A stretch of DNA of 64,000 nt, from IMG/VR virus record IMGVR_UViG_3300005253_000051, positions 17,506-81,505 of that record; one strand, 5' to 3'. The notes below the pieces were generated by a model. It had not been told where the DNA came from. It searched no databases and was given only the letters and a program-made list of their open reading frames with translations. Source of the stretch: a virus. Shown in pieces: positions 19,754-29,057 of the stretch (positions within the stretch are counted from its first letter, which is position 1; every line of letters starts with the position of its first letter). The position numbers were made by a program, and so were the translations under genes.

Positions 19754-20842
19754 TCACAGACCCATCGCGTTCCCGGCCTTGCCGAGCAAAGTCACCATGG
19801 CTTTTTTGCCCTTCGCCTGAAAGCGCTTTTTCCCGTGCTGCCGGCGGGACATGAGCGCTTTGGCCGCCGATGCGCCGATTTCATCCCGCAGGCGGCTCGC
19901 GTAGATCCACGCCGCCCAGCAATCCGCATCTGCGACGTTGGCCAAAAGCCCGAGCGCGCCTACCTGGTACATCGCGTTGTCCGGCACCTTGGCGCCGTCG
20001 GGGTTGACCACGATCTCGCTGATCGTGGGTAGGTGGATTCGGTACTCGCGGATCCCCATGTAGCTCGCGGCCCCATGCTCACCCACCGAACCCGACAGAA
20101 TCAGGTGAGCGATTTCATCGCCCACGTTCTCACCTGCTTGCGCCCACGCGCACAGCCCGCGTTCCCAGTCGCGCGGCGATGCCCACTTGGCGCCTTCGTT
20201 GACCGCAGCCGGTGGCGGGTCAAACTGGACCATTTCGGGCGCATGCTCAGCCGTCGCGGCGAAATCCTGTGCCAGCGCCCGTAGCGGGCTGTCATCGGCG
20301 CCCAGCTTGTACAAATAACTTTGGAACTCAGACAGTGTAGGTTCGAAGGTGTAGACGGAGAACCGGCCCATGAGCGGCGCACAGGGCTCGGTGCCACCCG
20401 GAGACTGCTCCACGGGGTTGGCGAACGCGATCACACGGGACTCAGGGTGAAGCGTCACATCGCCGAACGTGCGTTCCAGGATGCCGCGGAGTAAAACCGC
20501 CTGAACCGCCGGGGGCGCGGTGAACAGCTCGTCGAGAATCAGCAAGCATGGTTTTTCGGCCGCTTCGCGGATCACGCGCATCGGAATGCGGTCGAACGCA
20601 CCGCCATCGCCCACGACCGGGAATCCGCCGATGTCCGTCGGATCACACGTGGACCCGATGACCGTGACGGCTTCGAGCTGAAAGCCGAGCGCCGCGGAAA
20701 GCTCAGGGACCAGATCATGGCCGAGTGTGGTTTTGCCCACGCCGGGCGAACCGATCAACAGGACGGCTTTGTTCGCGATGAGGTACGGCATAATGACGGG
20801 GAGCGCGGTCGAAAAAGTGAGTTTGGGATACGTGGTGGCCAT
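19754..20842 (-). CDS. MoxR-like AAA+ ATPase
   Basis: Walker A GSPGVGKT, Walker B LILDE, sensor FANP, and SPRDWE. Confidence 0.9.
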   Translation of the reverse strand: MATTYPKLTFSTALPVIMPYLIANKAVLLIGSPGVGKTTLGHDLVPELSAALGFQLEAVTVIGSTCDPTDIGGFPVVGDGGAFDRIPMRVIREAAEKPCLLILDELFTAPPAVQAVLLRGILERTFGDVTLHPESRVIAFANPVEQSPGGTEPCAPLMGRFSVYTFEPTLSEFQSYLYKLGADDSPLRALAQDFAATAEHAPEMVQFDPPPAAVNEGAKWASPRDWERGLCAWAQAGENVGDEIAHLILSGSVGEHGAASYMGIREYRIHLPTISEIVVNPDGAKVPDNAMYQVGALGLLANVADADCWAAWIYASRLRDEIGASAAKALMSRRQHGKKRFQAKGKKAMVTLLGKAGNAMGL

Positions 20843-20917
20843 GGTCTTTGTCCTGGTTTGGGATGCGCTGTGAGATAACTCAGACGGAACCCACCTGATC
20901 AAATTCATGAAAAACAG

Positions 20918-20949
20918 AAAAAGCCCGAAACCACTAAGGGTTCCGGGCT
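20918..20949 (-). terminator. Rho-independent terminator ending the 21-27 kb structural block
   Basis: Minus strand AGCCCGGAACC-loop-GGTTTCGGGCT followed by a T run. Confidence 0.75.
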
Positions 20950-20969
20950 GATCCAGGCTAGAAATCGAA

Positions 20970-21680
20970 CTACACGAACTCCGCAGAAATCTCCGTGTCG
21001 GTATTGCCTCCACCGATGGCGCCCGCTTTCACTCCGATAAAGTCGATGAGATCCCCCATAGAAACAGGCACAGTGGAAACTAGATTACTTGCGCTTCCGA
21101 TAGCTCCAGTAAGCAAAGTCACCGAAGCAGCATCGATCCCGTTCACACGGAGACGGTAGTCAATGGGGCTGCCGTTCCCACCGGCCGCATTGTGTCTAGC
21201 AAAAAACTTCTGGAACACGCCAGGACGAGGCGCATTGAACGTGAAATCACGTGATGAAGACGCATTTCCTTGTCCTCGACCGGGCGTGAGAAAAACTGTT
21301 CCGGGACCCGCTGTCAGGAAATCGTTTCCCCATAAGGCAAGAGCGCTGGTACCCCCACCAGGCCCCGCGCCTCCAGCTTGGTTGAGGATGAATGGCCGAA
21401 CGGAAAGCCCGTCTGGCTGAAAAGCCCCGTTAGCGCCGAACGCCCGTAAAATGGTGTGCAGATGAGCAACCCATACATCGACATTTGGACCTGGAGATGT
21501 CGCAGTGCGGACTACCGTAACGGTTGTTCCGTTCGCTGTAACGACAAACGGCCCGAGTGCCGGGGCGACGAAATCGGGGATGAGGGGGAACCCGTCCTGA
21601 TTCAGATCATGGTCGAGTATTTGGGGGACGCCGACTACCAAACCGGTAAACATCAGCGTCCGATAAAGTCGATTCGCCAT
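20970..21680 (-). CDS. Putative virion spike protein
   Basis: N-terminal domain shared with the three C1q-like paralogs (FTGLVVGVP..H.L..PD.VAP..VDVW...HT..R.FG..QPDG...PFILNQ), followed by a different beta-rich C-terminus. Confidence 0.6.
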   Translation of the reverse strand: MANRLYRTLMFTGLVVGVPQILDHDLNQDGFPLIPDFVAPALGPFVVTANGTTVTVVRTATSPGPNVDVWVAHLHTILRAFGANGAFQPDGLSVRPFILNQAGGAGPGGGTSALALWGNDFLTAGPGTVFLTPGRGQGNASSSRDFTFNAPRPGVFQKFFARHNAAGGNGSPIDYRLRVNGIDAASVTLLTGAIGSASNLVSTVPVSMGDLIDFIGVKAGAIGGGNTDTEISAEFV

Positions 21681-21689
21681 CCCCCTGCC

Positions 21690-21872
21690 TTACCGAGAGT
21701 ACTTAGCACAGCGATGCCGGCCGCCGCTGATCAACTTGAGGCGGATGCACCGGCGTTTAGTGACCTTTCGGTGCTTTGGAGCCATCCCGGGCCCGCGATA
21801 CTTCGCACACCGCTTCCCGGCATCAGTCATCTTGTAACGGATACACGTCCTGAATTCACCACGAAGTGCCAT
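21690..21872 (-). CDS. Small basic Cys-containing repeat protein
   Basis: Two copies of CIRxKxxxxGxRCAKY. Confidence 0.7.
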   Translation of the reverse strand: MALRGEFRTCIRYKMTDAGKRCAKYRGPGMAPKHRKVTKRRCIRLKLISGGRHRCAKYSR

Positions 21873-22273
21873 GGTTCTAGCCTATCACACCAGTGTTGGC
21901 GGCTGAAATTTCCCTGTTTTCGCCCATGCAAAGACCGCGGCACCTACCACGATCGCCGCAAACGAAACCGTGATGATGGTTGTCGTACGCTGTAATCGAA
22001 AGATTTTCTTCGTTAATTCAGCATGTTGCTTTGCAATCTCTTGCTCTTTTTCTTGCAAGCGAAGCAGGTTAGCCCGGAACTCTTCTTCAGTCTGTCCGAA
22101 TGAAACATGACTTACCAACATTGACAGTTACTCAAAGGGCTTCTAGTGTGCGCCCATGTGCGTGCGATTCATAGACCGATTTGAGTTTTGGCGTTGCTGT
22201 CATTGCGAAGGACTAAATAATCACGAGCGCTGGAAGTGCGCACTCTGTGGCGTCCTGCCCTGTTTTGCACGAA

Positions 22274-22720
22274 TTAACTTCCAGCTTTCAAGTATCGATA
22301 AAGCAATGCCCCGTCCAAAACCAGGCTGAAAACACCAACACCTGCAGCACCAACGCGTGCCCACCCCGGAAGTTGCTTTCGAGTCGCCAAGTACGCCATA
22401 AATGGCACCACGAGAGCCACTGCGGCCAGCTCGCTTCCTACATGCCACGCGCGCTGGCGCTTACTGATGCAGATGGCACGGTCGGCCGGGTTGATTGGGA
22501 GCACGTGCTCGACAGGGGCGCCGGCTTCCTGAGGCTGGCAGACAACCTCGTCCCACTGGCCGCGCTCAGTGCAGTCACGCATGAACTGATCAGTGGTCAT
22601 GTGTGCATCGAAGTAGCGCTGTGCTTCATCACGCGTCTTGCCGTAGAACACGTGGCGCACGACCGGATAAGCGTCTCCGACGGCTTTTTCGTAGATGTCT
22701 TGTGTGAGCGCGTACATCAC
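22274..22720 (-). CDS. Membrane protein
   Basis: Two C-terminal hydrophobic helices. Confidence 0.6.
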   Translation of the reverse strand: MMYALTQDIYEKAVGDAYPVVRHVFYGKTRDEAQRYFDAHMTTDQFMRDCTERGQWDEVVCQPQEAGAPVEHVLPINPADRAICISKRQRAWHVGSELAAVALVVPFMAYLATRKQLPGWARVGAAGVGVFSLVLDGALLYRYLKAGS

Positions 22721-22868
22721 CGCACTCTATCGCCATTGGGTTTACTGAAACATCGTCGCTTTAGGCATTGAAGCCCTTCATAGTAGTCTGGGCAGAGAGC
22801 GCGTTTGCAGCTAGAGCAATGCATGCTAGGTGGCTGTCGATTGCAGTAATGGACTTTCGATCAGCACA

Positions 22869-23564
22869 TCAACTCAGGCAGATCGGCGTGAGCGCACACA
22901 TGAAGTTGAAGCAAGTAATGGCAAAGGGCCCAACAATGCGGTTAATTATCTGTGTCCGTGGACCGGTTAAGCCGATAGGTGCAAACAACTCATCATGGAT
23001 CGCTACTTCAGAGTTCTCACTGAGCGAAACACCAAATGTCGATTCACCCGACTGCTCTAGCGTCATACCCGTAGGGGGTGTTTGCAGATCAATAAACTGG
23101 CCCCCGTGAGCGTCCGCGCTAACACAATACACGAGCACAGTATTCTGAATCGTGGTGAGTATCGAGGGCGCCGTCATGACAATGAACGGGGCACCAAAAC
23201 TGATATTGATCCCGGGGTTTTGAGCATTGATAGGCGTTGTCGGATTCACGTTGGTATAACCGGCCATGTTGACAGCGTAAATGGCCGCCTGAACCGTACT
23301 AAACGTTGCGATCAGTGGTGATCCAACTGGAACCACCAAAGAAAATACTGCGAATTGTGTAATATGGGTGCCTGTTGGGGTTTGAGCTAGCTGCACCCAC
23401 GGATCAGAACCAGTCTGAATAATCGGATCTGAAGTTACAGCCGGTACGGTTGCAGCTACCGCAGCGATCAGAACATCACCTGCGACGGTTCCAACTGGGT
23501 AGGCAGCCGCGATCGAGGTGACAGGGGCTCCCACTCCAACAGCTGTACAAAGTACATTAGACAT
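22869..23564 (-). CDS. Beta-rich putative virion surface protein
   Basis: Thr/Val/Gly-rich; PVGTVAGDVLIAAV and YTNVNPTTPI resemble surface beta-sandwich domains. Confidence 0.55.
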   Translation of the reverse strand: MSNVLCTAVGVGAPVTSIAAAYPVGTVAGDVLIAAVAATVPAVTSDPIIQTGSDPWVQLAQTPTGTHITQFAVFSLVVPVGSPLIATFSTVQAAIYAVNMAGYTNVNPTTPINAQNPGINISFGAPFIVMTAPSILTTIQNTVLVYCVSADAHGGQFIDLQTPPTGMTLEQSGESTFGVSLSENSEVAIHDELFAPIGLTGPRTQIINRIVGPFAITCFNFMCALTPICLS

Positions 23565-23565
23565 C

Positions 23566-23967
23566 TTACTCGTTGGTATGCACAGTGCAGGAGGTCTCGC
23601 GAATTGCGATGACCGCTGTCACGCTACACGGAGGACCGTTGTAAAAAACAGCATCACCAGGGCTAATGTGCGTGTGAGGATTCCAGAACAACACGTTGAT
23701 CGTGGTGAGAGCGGGCGCTACAAAAATGACTTCCACAGTGCCTGTGGGACCCTGTGCAGGTTCTGAGTGCGTCACACCGAGCCAAGCATCAATCGGCATC
23801 AGCGGCACCACCATAACTCGTGACGCATTCAGGAGAGAGCCGAACAGAGGCGGATCAGGATCAAAATTTAGGTTGGTCTGAATGAGCCCGGTATCGACAA
23901 CGGTAACCCCAACCGACAGCTCGATTTGCTGCCGGTTCCACATGAGCTGTCCTGCTTGAAGTGACAC
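23566..23967 (-). CDS. Putative structural protein
   Basis: Beta-rich ORF within the coupled structural block. Confidence 0.5.
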   Translation of the reverse strand: MSLQAGQLMWNRQQIELSVGVTVVDTGLIQTNLNFDPDPPLFGSLLNASRVMVVPLMPIDAWLGVTHSEPAQGPTGTVEVIFVAPALTTINVLFWNPHTHISPGDAVFYNGPPCSVTAVIAIRETSCTVHTNE

Positions 23968-24218
23968 TATCTCCCAGGGCGATACTTGGCACAGCGGCGT
24001 CCAGCGCGCGTCATCTTGAAGCGCACGCAGTGACGTAGACTGCCGCCCATGGTGCCCGGCCCGTACTTAGCGCACCTGCGACCAGCACGGGTCATCTCAT
24101 AGCGCAAGCAGGTCTTGTACTCGCCACTGAGCCCCTTGCTAGGGCCGTACTTCGCACAGCGTTTGCCAGCACGGGTCATCCTGAAACTAATACAGGTCTT
24201 ATATTCTCCGTGCATCAT
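23967..24218 (-). CDS. Small basic protein with three tandem repeats
   Basis: Three copies of about (GEYKT)CxxF/YxMTRAGK/RRCAKYxP. Confidence 0.8.
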   Translation of the reverse strand: MMHGEYKTCISFRMTRAGKRCAKYGPSKGLSGEYKTCLRYEMTRAGRRCAKYGPGTMGGSLRHCVRFKMTRAGRRCAKYRPGR

Positions 24219-24230
24219 GGTCGAATCCTC

Positions 24231-24665
24231 CTACGAGGCATCAGTGAACGGGCGCCCGACTACCAGCACCGTGAGAAAGGCCAGATCGCTAAAAAGAGTT
24301 GAATACAGCGTGCCCCCAACCAATTCAATTAGCGGCGCTAGCACACCCGGGGCCTGGTAAAACCTCAGGTGCCCTGAATTGATTCCAGCAGGGGCTGTAT
24401 CGCGCTCCCATAAGACAGACAGGCTCGTGGTGCCCCCCACCCCCGGAGTAGGTTGCTCTAGCAAGGTGGGAATGCAAGCATGAACCTCTCGAAAAAGATT
24501 CAGCCCCGCAATCCCAAAATCTAGAGGTTCACCGCCTACAGGATAAGTATTCCCGTCGGCAGGATCAATCGCGATATCTGCGACCACGATCGGCAGATCA
24601 CCAGCGTTCGGAGACGGAAGCGTGGTGTTGGTGTTGTACCGAACAGTGATGGTAGAAAGAGCCAT
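24231..24665 (-). CDS. Putative structural protein
   Basis: TYPVGGEPLD-containing beta-rich ORF. Confidence 0.5.
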   Translation of the reverse strand: MALSTITVRYNTNTTLPSPNAGDLPIVVADIAIDPADGNTYPVGGEPLDFGIAGLNLFREVHACIPTLLEQPTPGVGGTTSLSVLWERDTAPAGINSGHLRFYQAPGVLAPLIELVGGTLYSTLFSDLAFLTVLVVGRPFTDAS

Positions 24666-24667
24666 TG

Positions 24668-24820
24668 CTACCTTTCCAGACAGTCACTCATACAGCGGCG
24701 AAACCGAGGTTTGCCCTTGCACACCCTTCGAGCGCAGTTGGCGAACCTCTTCTGCTGTGATGTTTCACGACGACCGAGTGTCCTGCGACGGGGGCGATAG
24801 CGTTTGCGTCTACGAGCCAT
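24668..24820 (-). CDS. Protamine-like Arg-rich peptide
   Basis: MARRRKRYRPRRRTLGRR...CARRVC...CMSDC with an upstream GAGGAAG RBS. Confidence 0.7.
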   Translation of the reverse strand: MARRRKRYRPRRRTLGRRETSQQKRFANCARRVCKGKPRFRRCMSDCLER

Positions 24821-24830
24821 GTTCTTCCTC

Positions 24831-25583
24831 CTAGAAGAGACTGTGAATGGCAAATTCTGGGTTAAGACCTTGGGGAATCACGGTGCTAGAAGCATTGTTG
24901 GTGAATGCAAACACCTCCAGAAAATCTCCAGCAGTTAGATCGAAATCGCTAGCAAACTCTGTGGTGACGTCAAACCCAACGGTTCCTGTCAAAGTTTCCG
25001 TGGCTTCTACAAGGATTCCGTTGATGGCAATCGTAAGCCTCTGCGTGTGATTGGCAATGGGAGCAACTGTCCCGTACTTGGCGGTAACAGCATACCGACC
25101 GGGGCTAGCGATCACGAAACGACTGAGTGGAAGATTTACGATTCCACCGAAATCGTATTCGAGCGTATTGAACAAGAGCTTCGTATCAGGAAAACCCGCA
25201 GGGATTGCTTGCGTGACCGTATTCCGCATCTTCCCTGCAGCAGTTGCCTCTCCTGCCGACGAAACCCCTTGATTGAGGATGAATGGCTGCGGGACCAAGG
25301 AGCCATCTGGTTGAGCGCCAGGTTGAGGCTGAGTCGATCCGAACTCACGGCGAATCGTGTGCCACGAGCTAGCCCAAACATCGACCGCATCAGGAGACTC
25401 GTCGGCTAGACGCGTGACCGTGATGTCGATGTCGTCTGCCGTAACTTGGAAGCCACCTTCGTTCGGCGCCACAATATCAGGGACGAGGTTTCGCGGAGGG
25501 TTGACCAGTCCATGAGGAAGAGAAACCGGAACACCAACAACTAGGCCGGTGAACTGGACGATGCTTTCGATTTTGATTCCCAT
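24831..25583 (-). CDS. Putative receptor-binding protein with a C1q-like C-terminal domain (paralog 3)
   Basis: KLLFNTLEYDFGG...RFVIASPGRYAV...DLTAGDFLEVF fits the C1q/TNF-like pattern. Confidence 0.7.
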   Translation of the reverse strand: MGIKIESIVQFTGLVVGVPVSLPHGLVNPPRNLVPDIVAPNEGGFQVTADDIDITVTRLADESPDAVDVWASSWHTIRREFGSTQPQPGAQPDGSLVPQPFILNQGVSSAGEATAAGKMRNTVTQAIPAGFPDTKLLFNTLEYDFGGIVNLPLSRFVIASPGRYAVTAKYGTVAPIANHTQRLTIAINGILVEATETLTGTVGFDVTTEFASDFDLTAGDFLEVFAFTNNASSTVIPQGLNPEFAIHSLF

Positions 25584-25594
25584 AGTCCTGAACC

Positions 25595-26344
25595 CTAGAA
25601 GTTGCTGTGGATGGCGAACACAGGCTCGCGGCCGTTTGCAATCAGTGTACTAGCGCCGGCAGACAAGAATGCAAATACCTCCAGGAAATCTCCAGCGACT
25701 AGATTGAAGTCGCTAGCGAATACTGGAGTGATTCCGAACGCGATTGATGCTGTCAATTCTTCTACAGTCTCCACAAAAATCCCGTTGATGGCAATCGTAA
25801 GTTGCTGCGTGAAAGCAGCACCGGGGGCAGTCGTCGCATACTTGGATGTAACGGTATACCGACCAGGTTCAGTGATCACGAAACGATCAAGTCCGATGTT
25901 TACGATTCCACCGAAATCGTAATCGATCGAGTCAAACGCGACCTTTGTGTTTACCCCTGCGGGGATTGCTTGAATAACAAGCGCTCGTATCTTTGCGGTA
26001 ACAGCTGCCTCCCCTGATTCCGAAACCCCTTGGTTGATGATGAACGGCTGTGGAACCAGCGAACCATCCGGCTGAATACCGGGCTGAGGCTGAGTCGATC
26101 CGAACTCGCGGCGGATCGTGTGCCACGAGCTAGCCCAAACATCGACCGAATCAGGAGACTCGTCGGCTAGGCGCGTAACCGTAATGTTGGTGTCATCGGC
26201 AGTGACCAGGAAGCCGCCTTCGTTTGGCGCCACAACATCAGGGACGAGCTTTCGCGGAGGGTTGACCAGCCCGTGGGGAAGAGAGACCGGATCATCAACA
26301 ATGAGATCGATGAACTGGACGATTGCTTCGATTTTGATTCCCAT
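25595..26344 (-). CDS. Putative receptor-binding protein with a C1q-like domain (paralog 2)
   Basis: Tandem paralog; KVAFDSIDYDFGG...RFVITEPGRY. Confidence 0.7.
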   Translation of the reverse strand: MGIKIEAIVQFIDLIVDDPVSLPHGLVNPPRKLVPDVVAPNEGGFLVTADDTNITVTRLADESPDSVDVWASSWHTIRREFGSTQPQPGIQPDGSLVPQPFIINQGVSESGEAAVTAKIRALVIQAIPAGVNTKVAFDSIDYDFGGIVNIGLDRFVITEPGRYTVTSKYATTAPGAAFTQQLTIAINGIFVETVEELTASIAFGITPVFASDFNLVAGDFLEVFAFLSAGASTLIANGREPVFAIHSNF

Positions 26345-26359
26345 AGTCCGAACCCAACC

Positions 26360-27106
26360 CTAGAAGTTGCTATGAACAGCGAACATAGATTCACGAAGAC
26401 CCGTGAGTGTGGAGGCGCCAGTGTTGAGTAGAGCAAACACCTCCAAGAAATCTCCAACGGCTAAATCGAAGTCGCTAGCGAATACTACGGTAACTCCCCG
26501 GCCAGCGATTGATGTAAGAGTTTGAGTAGCCTTTACGAGAATCCCGTTGATGGCAATCGAAAGCCTTTGCACGTGGTTGGCACCAACAGATTGTGTGCCG
26601 TACCTAGCTTCGACGCTGTATCGACCAGCGGTAACGATCACGAATCGATCGAGCCCGATGTTTACGATTCCACCGAAATCGTAATCGGTCACATCGAATG
26701 TGAGTTTCGTGTCTGCCGCCGCTGGAAGCACTTGAGCGACAGAAGCTGTAATCTTCCCGGAGACGGCCGCCTCTGCCGCTTGTGAAACCCCTTGGTTGAT
26801 CACGAATGGCTGCGGAACCAGTGAACCATCTGGCTGGATACCGGGCTGGGGTTGAGTCGATCCGAACTCGCGCCGCATTGTGTGCCACGAGCTGGCCCAG
26901 ACATCGACCGCATCAGGAGAATCGTCGGCAAGACGCGTGACTGTGATGTCGATGTCGTCTGCGGTAACTTGGAAACCGCCTTCGTTCGGCACCAAAAGGT
27001 CGGGGACAAGATTTCGCGGAGGGTTGACCAACCCGTGGGGAAGAGCGACCGGCACGCCAACAGCTAGATTGGTGAACTGGACGATGCTTTCGATTTTAAT
27101 TCCCAT
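26360..27106 (-). CDS. Putative receptor-binding protein with a C1q-like domain (paralog 1)
   Basis: Tandem paralog; KLTFDVTDYDFGG...RFVIVTAGRY. Confidence 0.7.
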   Translation of the reverse strand: MGIKIESIVQFTNLAVGVPVALPHGLVNPPRNLVPDLLVPNEGGFQVTADDIDITVTRLADDSPDAVDVWASSWHTMRREFGSTQPQPGIQPDGSLVPQPFVINQGVSQAAEAAVSGKITASVAQVLPAAADTKLTFDVTDYDFGGIVNIGLDRFVIVTAGRYSVEARYGTQSVGANHVQRLSIAINGILVKATQTLTSIAGRGVTVVFASDFDLAVGDFLEVFALLNTGASTLTGLRESMFAVHSNF

Positions 27107-27213
27107 GGGATAACTCTACTCGCTTCCAGCGGGGTTCGAACTGCTCTTACCATACCAAACCATTCGGGATCACTGTAGTAATGAAGCCCGCCAGAGCTGA
27201 AAATAGAGTTATT

Positions 27214-28026
27214 TCATAACGTTGTCGTGATGATCACGCACGGAGCATCCCCACGGCCGGCGGGGTCTGAGTTGATCGCGCGCTTTTCGCCCGTAAGTTC
27301 CAAGTGAGCCCACTCGCTGTAGAGATACTGGATCAACTCGGTGTTCGCGTTGTGCGCGATCACTGCGACGCCGCGCTCATGGGCTAGGAAAAGCTCTTCG
27401 GCGAGTCGAGTCTGATCGTCGTCGGAGAACCCCGAGGCGACGTAGTTTACATAGCCGCCATGGTAGGGGGGATCTATGTAGAGCAAGTCGCCGCACTTCG
27501 CCGCGTGGATCGGCTCGACAAAATCTAGTGCTACCAGCGTCGTGCCTTGGAGTACAGTGGCTACTTCCTGGAGGTGTTCGAGGTTCGGAAAAAGCCCCGC
27601 GTCGCGCCGATTCGGATCGCCAAAGGGCACGTTGAATCCCCCGCTTTTGTTCTCGCGGTGCAACCCGTTGAAGCCGGTTTTGTTCAGATAGATAAACCGC
27701 GCTGCACGCTCGATCGAACACGTTGGATCTTGCTCACGGATCCAGCAGTAGTAGTCCTTGGTGATGCAGTTGCCCAGCATATCCAGCATCGTCCTAAGCC
27801 GCTCGCACGGTACATCCCGAACGACGCGGTAGAGGTTCATCAGGTCGTCACAGGCGTCGCTGAGGAACATCTGAGGACGCGCTACAGCCAGCGCCATCGC
27901 GCCGCCGCCGACGAACGGCTCGATATACCGGCCGCCGGTCTTGTCGAGCAACGTTGAGATGCGCGAGCTGAGAACGGGGACAGCCCATGCTTTCCCGCCC
28001 GCCCACTTGAGTAGGGGCTTAGTCAA
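27214..28026 (-). CDS. dam: DNA adenine methyltransferase, Dam/D12 family
   Basis: LKWAGGK, EPFVGGG, YLNKTGFNGL and DPPY. Confidence 0.93.
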   Translation of the reverse strand: MTKPLLKWAGGKAWAVPVLSSRISTLLDKTGGRYIEPFVGGGAMALAVARPQMFLSDACDDLMNLYRVVRDVPCERLRTMLDMLGNCITKDYYCWIREQDPTCSIERAARFIYLNKTGFNGLHRENKSGGFNVPFGDPNRRDAGLFPNLEHLQEVATVLQGTTLVALDFVEPIHAAKCGDLLYIDPPYHGGYVNYVASGFSDDDQTRLAEELFLAHERGVAVIAHNANTELIQYLYSEWAHLELTGEKRAINSDPAGRGDAPCVIITTTL

Positions 28027-28657
28027 GATGTGCCCAACTAATGCCGTTTACGATCCTACTGATTTGTGATCTAGAAACACCGTATTTTTTGGAAAGCGCT
28101 TTCTTGGTCATTGAGTCTTTGGCGTACGCTTTACGAATCATTTTTACTTGGTACTCGTTCAGCTTTTCTCCTGGTTTTGGAATACCTTTATTCTGAAATG
28201 TATTCTGTCCCCAACGAACACCATTTACGATTTTCCTGATCTGCCCTTGGGACACACCATAATTTTCAGCTAGTGCCTTAGCCGTCACTGAACTTTCAGC
28301 GTATGCTTTACGAATCGCCGTTACTTGGTCCCTGCTCAGCTTTTGTGCTGGTATGCCTTTCTTCTGAAAGACATTCCTGCCCTTGTTCCACATGTCGCGG
28401 CTATTATCAGCAGCCGTTCCTAACCACAGGTGATCAGGCCGGACACAGATAGGATTATCGCAGTGATGACATACCATCAGCCCTTCGGGGATTTCCCCGT
28501 AAACTAATTCCCACGACACACGGTGTGCTCTACGTGATGACCATGGCCCTGAACGAACTTGACCGTAGTCGCCCCGAGTCTTAGAGCCAGTCCACAGCCA
28601 GCACTCCCCCGACTTGTCTACCTTGACCCAGAACCGATCAGCTAATGCCCTAGTCAT
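28019..28657 (-). CDS. HNH homing endonuclease with two C-terminal HTH repeats
   Basis: CWLWTG, AHRVSWE, VCHHCDNPICVRPDHL, then two KL...IRKAYA...YGVS...IVNG..W units. Confidence 0.9.
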   Translation of the reverse strand: MTRALADRFWVKVDKSGECWLWTGSKTRGDYGQVRSGPWSSRRAHRVSWELVYGEIPEGLMVCHHCDNPICVRPDHLWLGTAADNSRDMWNKGRNVFQKKGIPAQKLSRDQVTAIRKAYAESSVTAKALAENYGVSQGQIRKIVNGVRWGQNTFQNKGIPKPGEKLNEYQVKMIRKAYAKDSMTKKALSKKYGVSRSQISRIVNGISWAHLD

Positions 28658-28781
28658 TTTTCATCACCGGGAAAACACACCTGGTGAGCCTATCGACTTT
28701 TCTCTCTAGTGACAGCACGCGCCACACGAACATGCTCACCCACATAGACAACCCCACCACCACAAACTCGATGCCTGTCAT
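28650..28781 (-). CDS. Small single-pass membrane protein (43 aa)
   Basis: Manual translation MTGIEFVVVGLSMWVSMFVWRVLSLERKVDRLTRCVFPVMKND fills the gap exactly. Confidence 0.55.
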   Translation of the reverse strand: MTGIEFVVVGLSMWVSMFVWRVLSLERKVDRLTRCVFPVMKND

Positions 28782-28783
28782 GG

Positions 28784-28981
28784 TCAACACAGTTTCGGAA
28801 AGGCGCTCGTGCATCCCAGATTGGGATCAGAGCAAGGGCCACAGAACGTGAAGCGGTAGCAAGTAGCCTTGAGGGAACAGATAACAGACCACAGAGTGAG
28901 CACGCCGCCAGCTCGAACATGATCGAGTTGACGGACGGTGAGCCTGGACAACTTGAGCTTAGATCGTTGTTTACGTTTCAT
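28784..28981 (-). CDS. Lanthipeptide/RiPP precursor-like peptide
   Basis: Leader KLKLSRLTVRQL..VRAGG followed by a core with six Cys and many Ser/Thr. Confidence 0.6.
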   Translation of the reverse strand: MKRKQRSKLKLSRLTVRQLDHVRAGGVLTLWSVICSLKATCYRFTFCGPCSDPNLGCTSAFPKLC

Positions 28982-29057
28982 CTACTCCCCTCCGATAATC
29001 GCGGTGTAGATCTCGCCGTTCACTACGGAGCCGATGCTCTGCGACGCCTTCGCCAGT

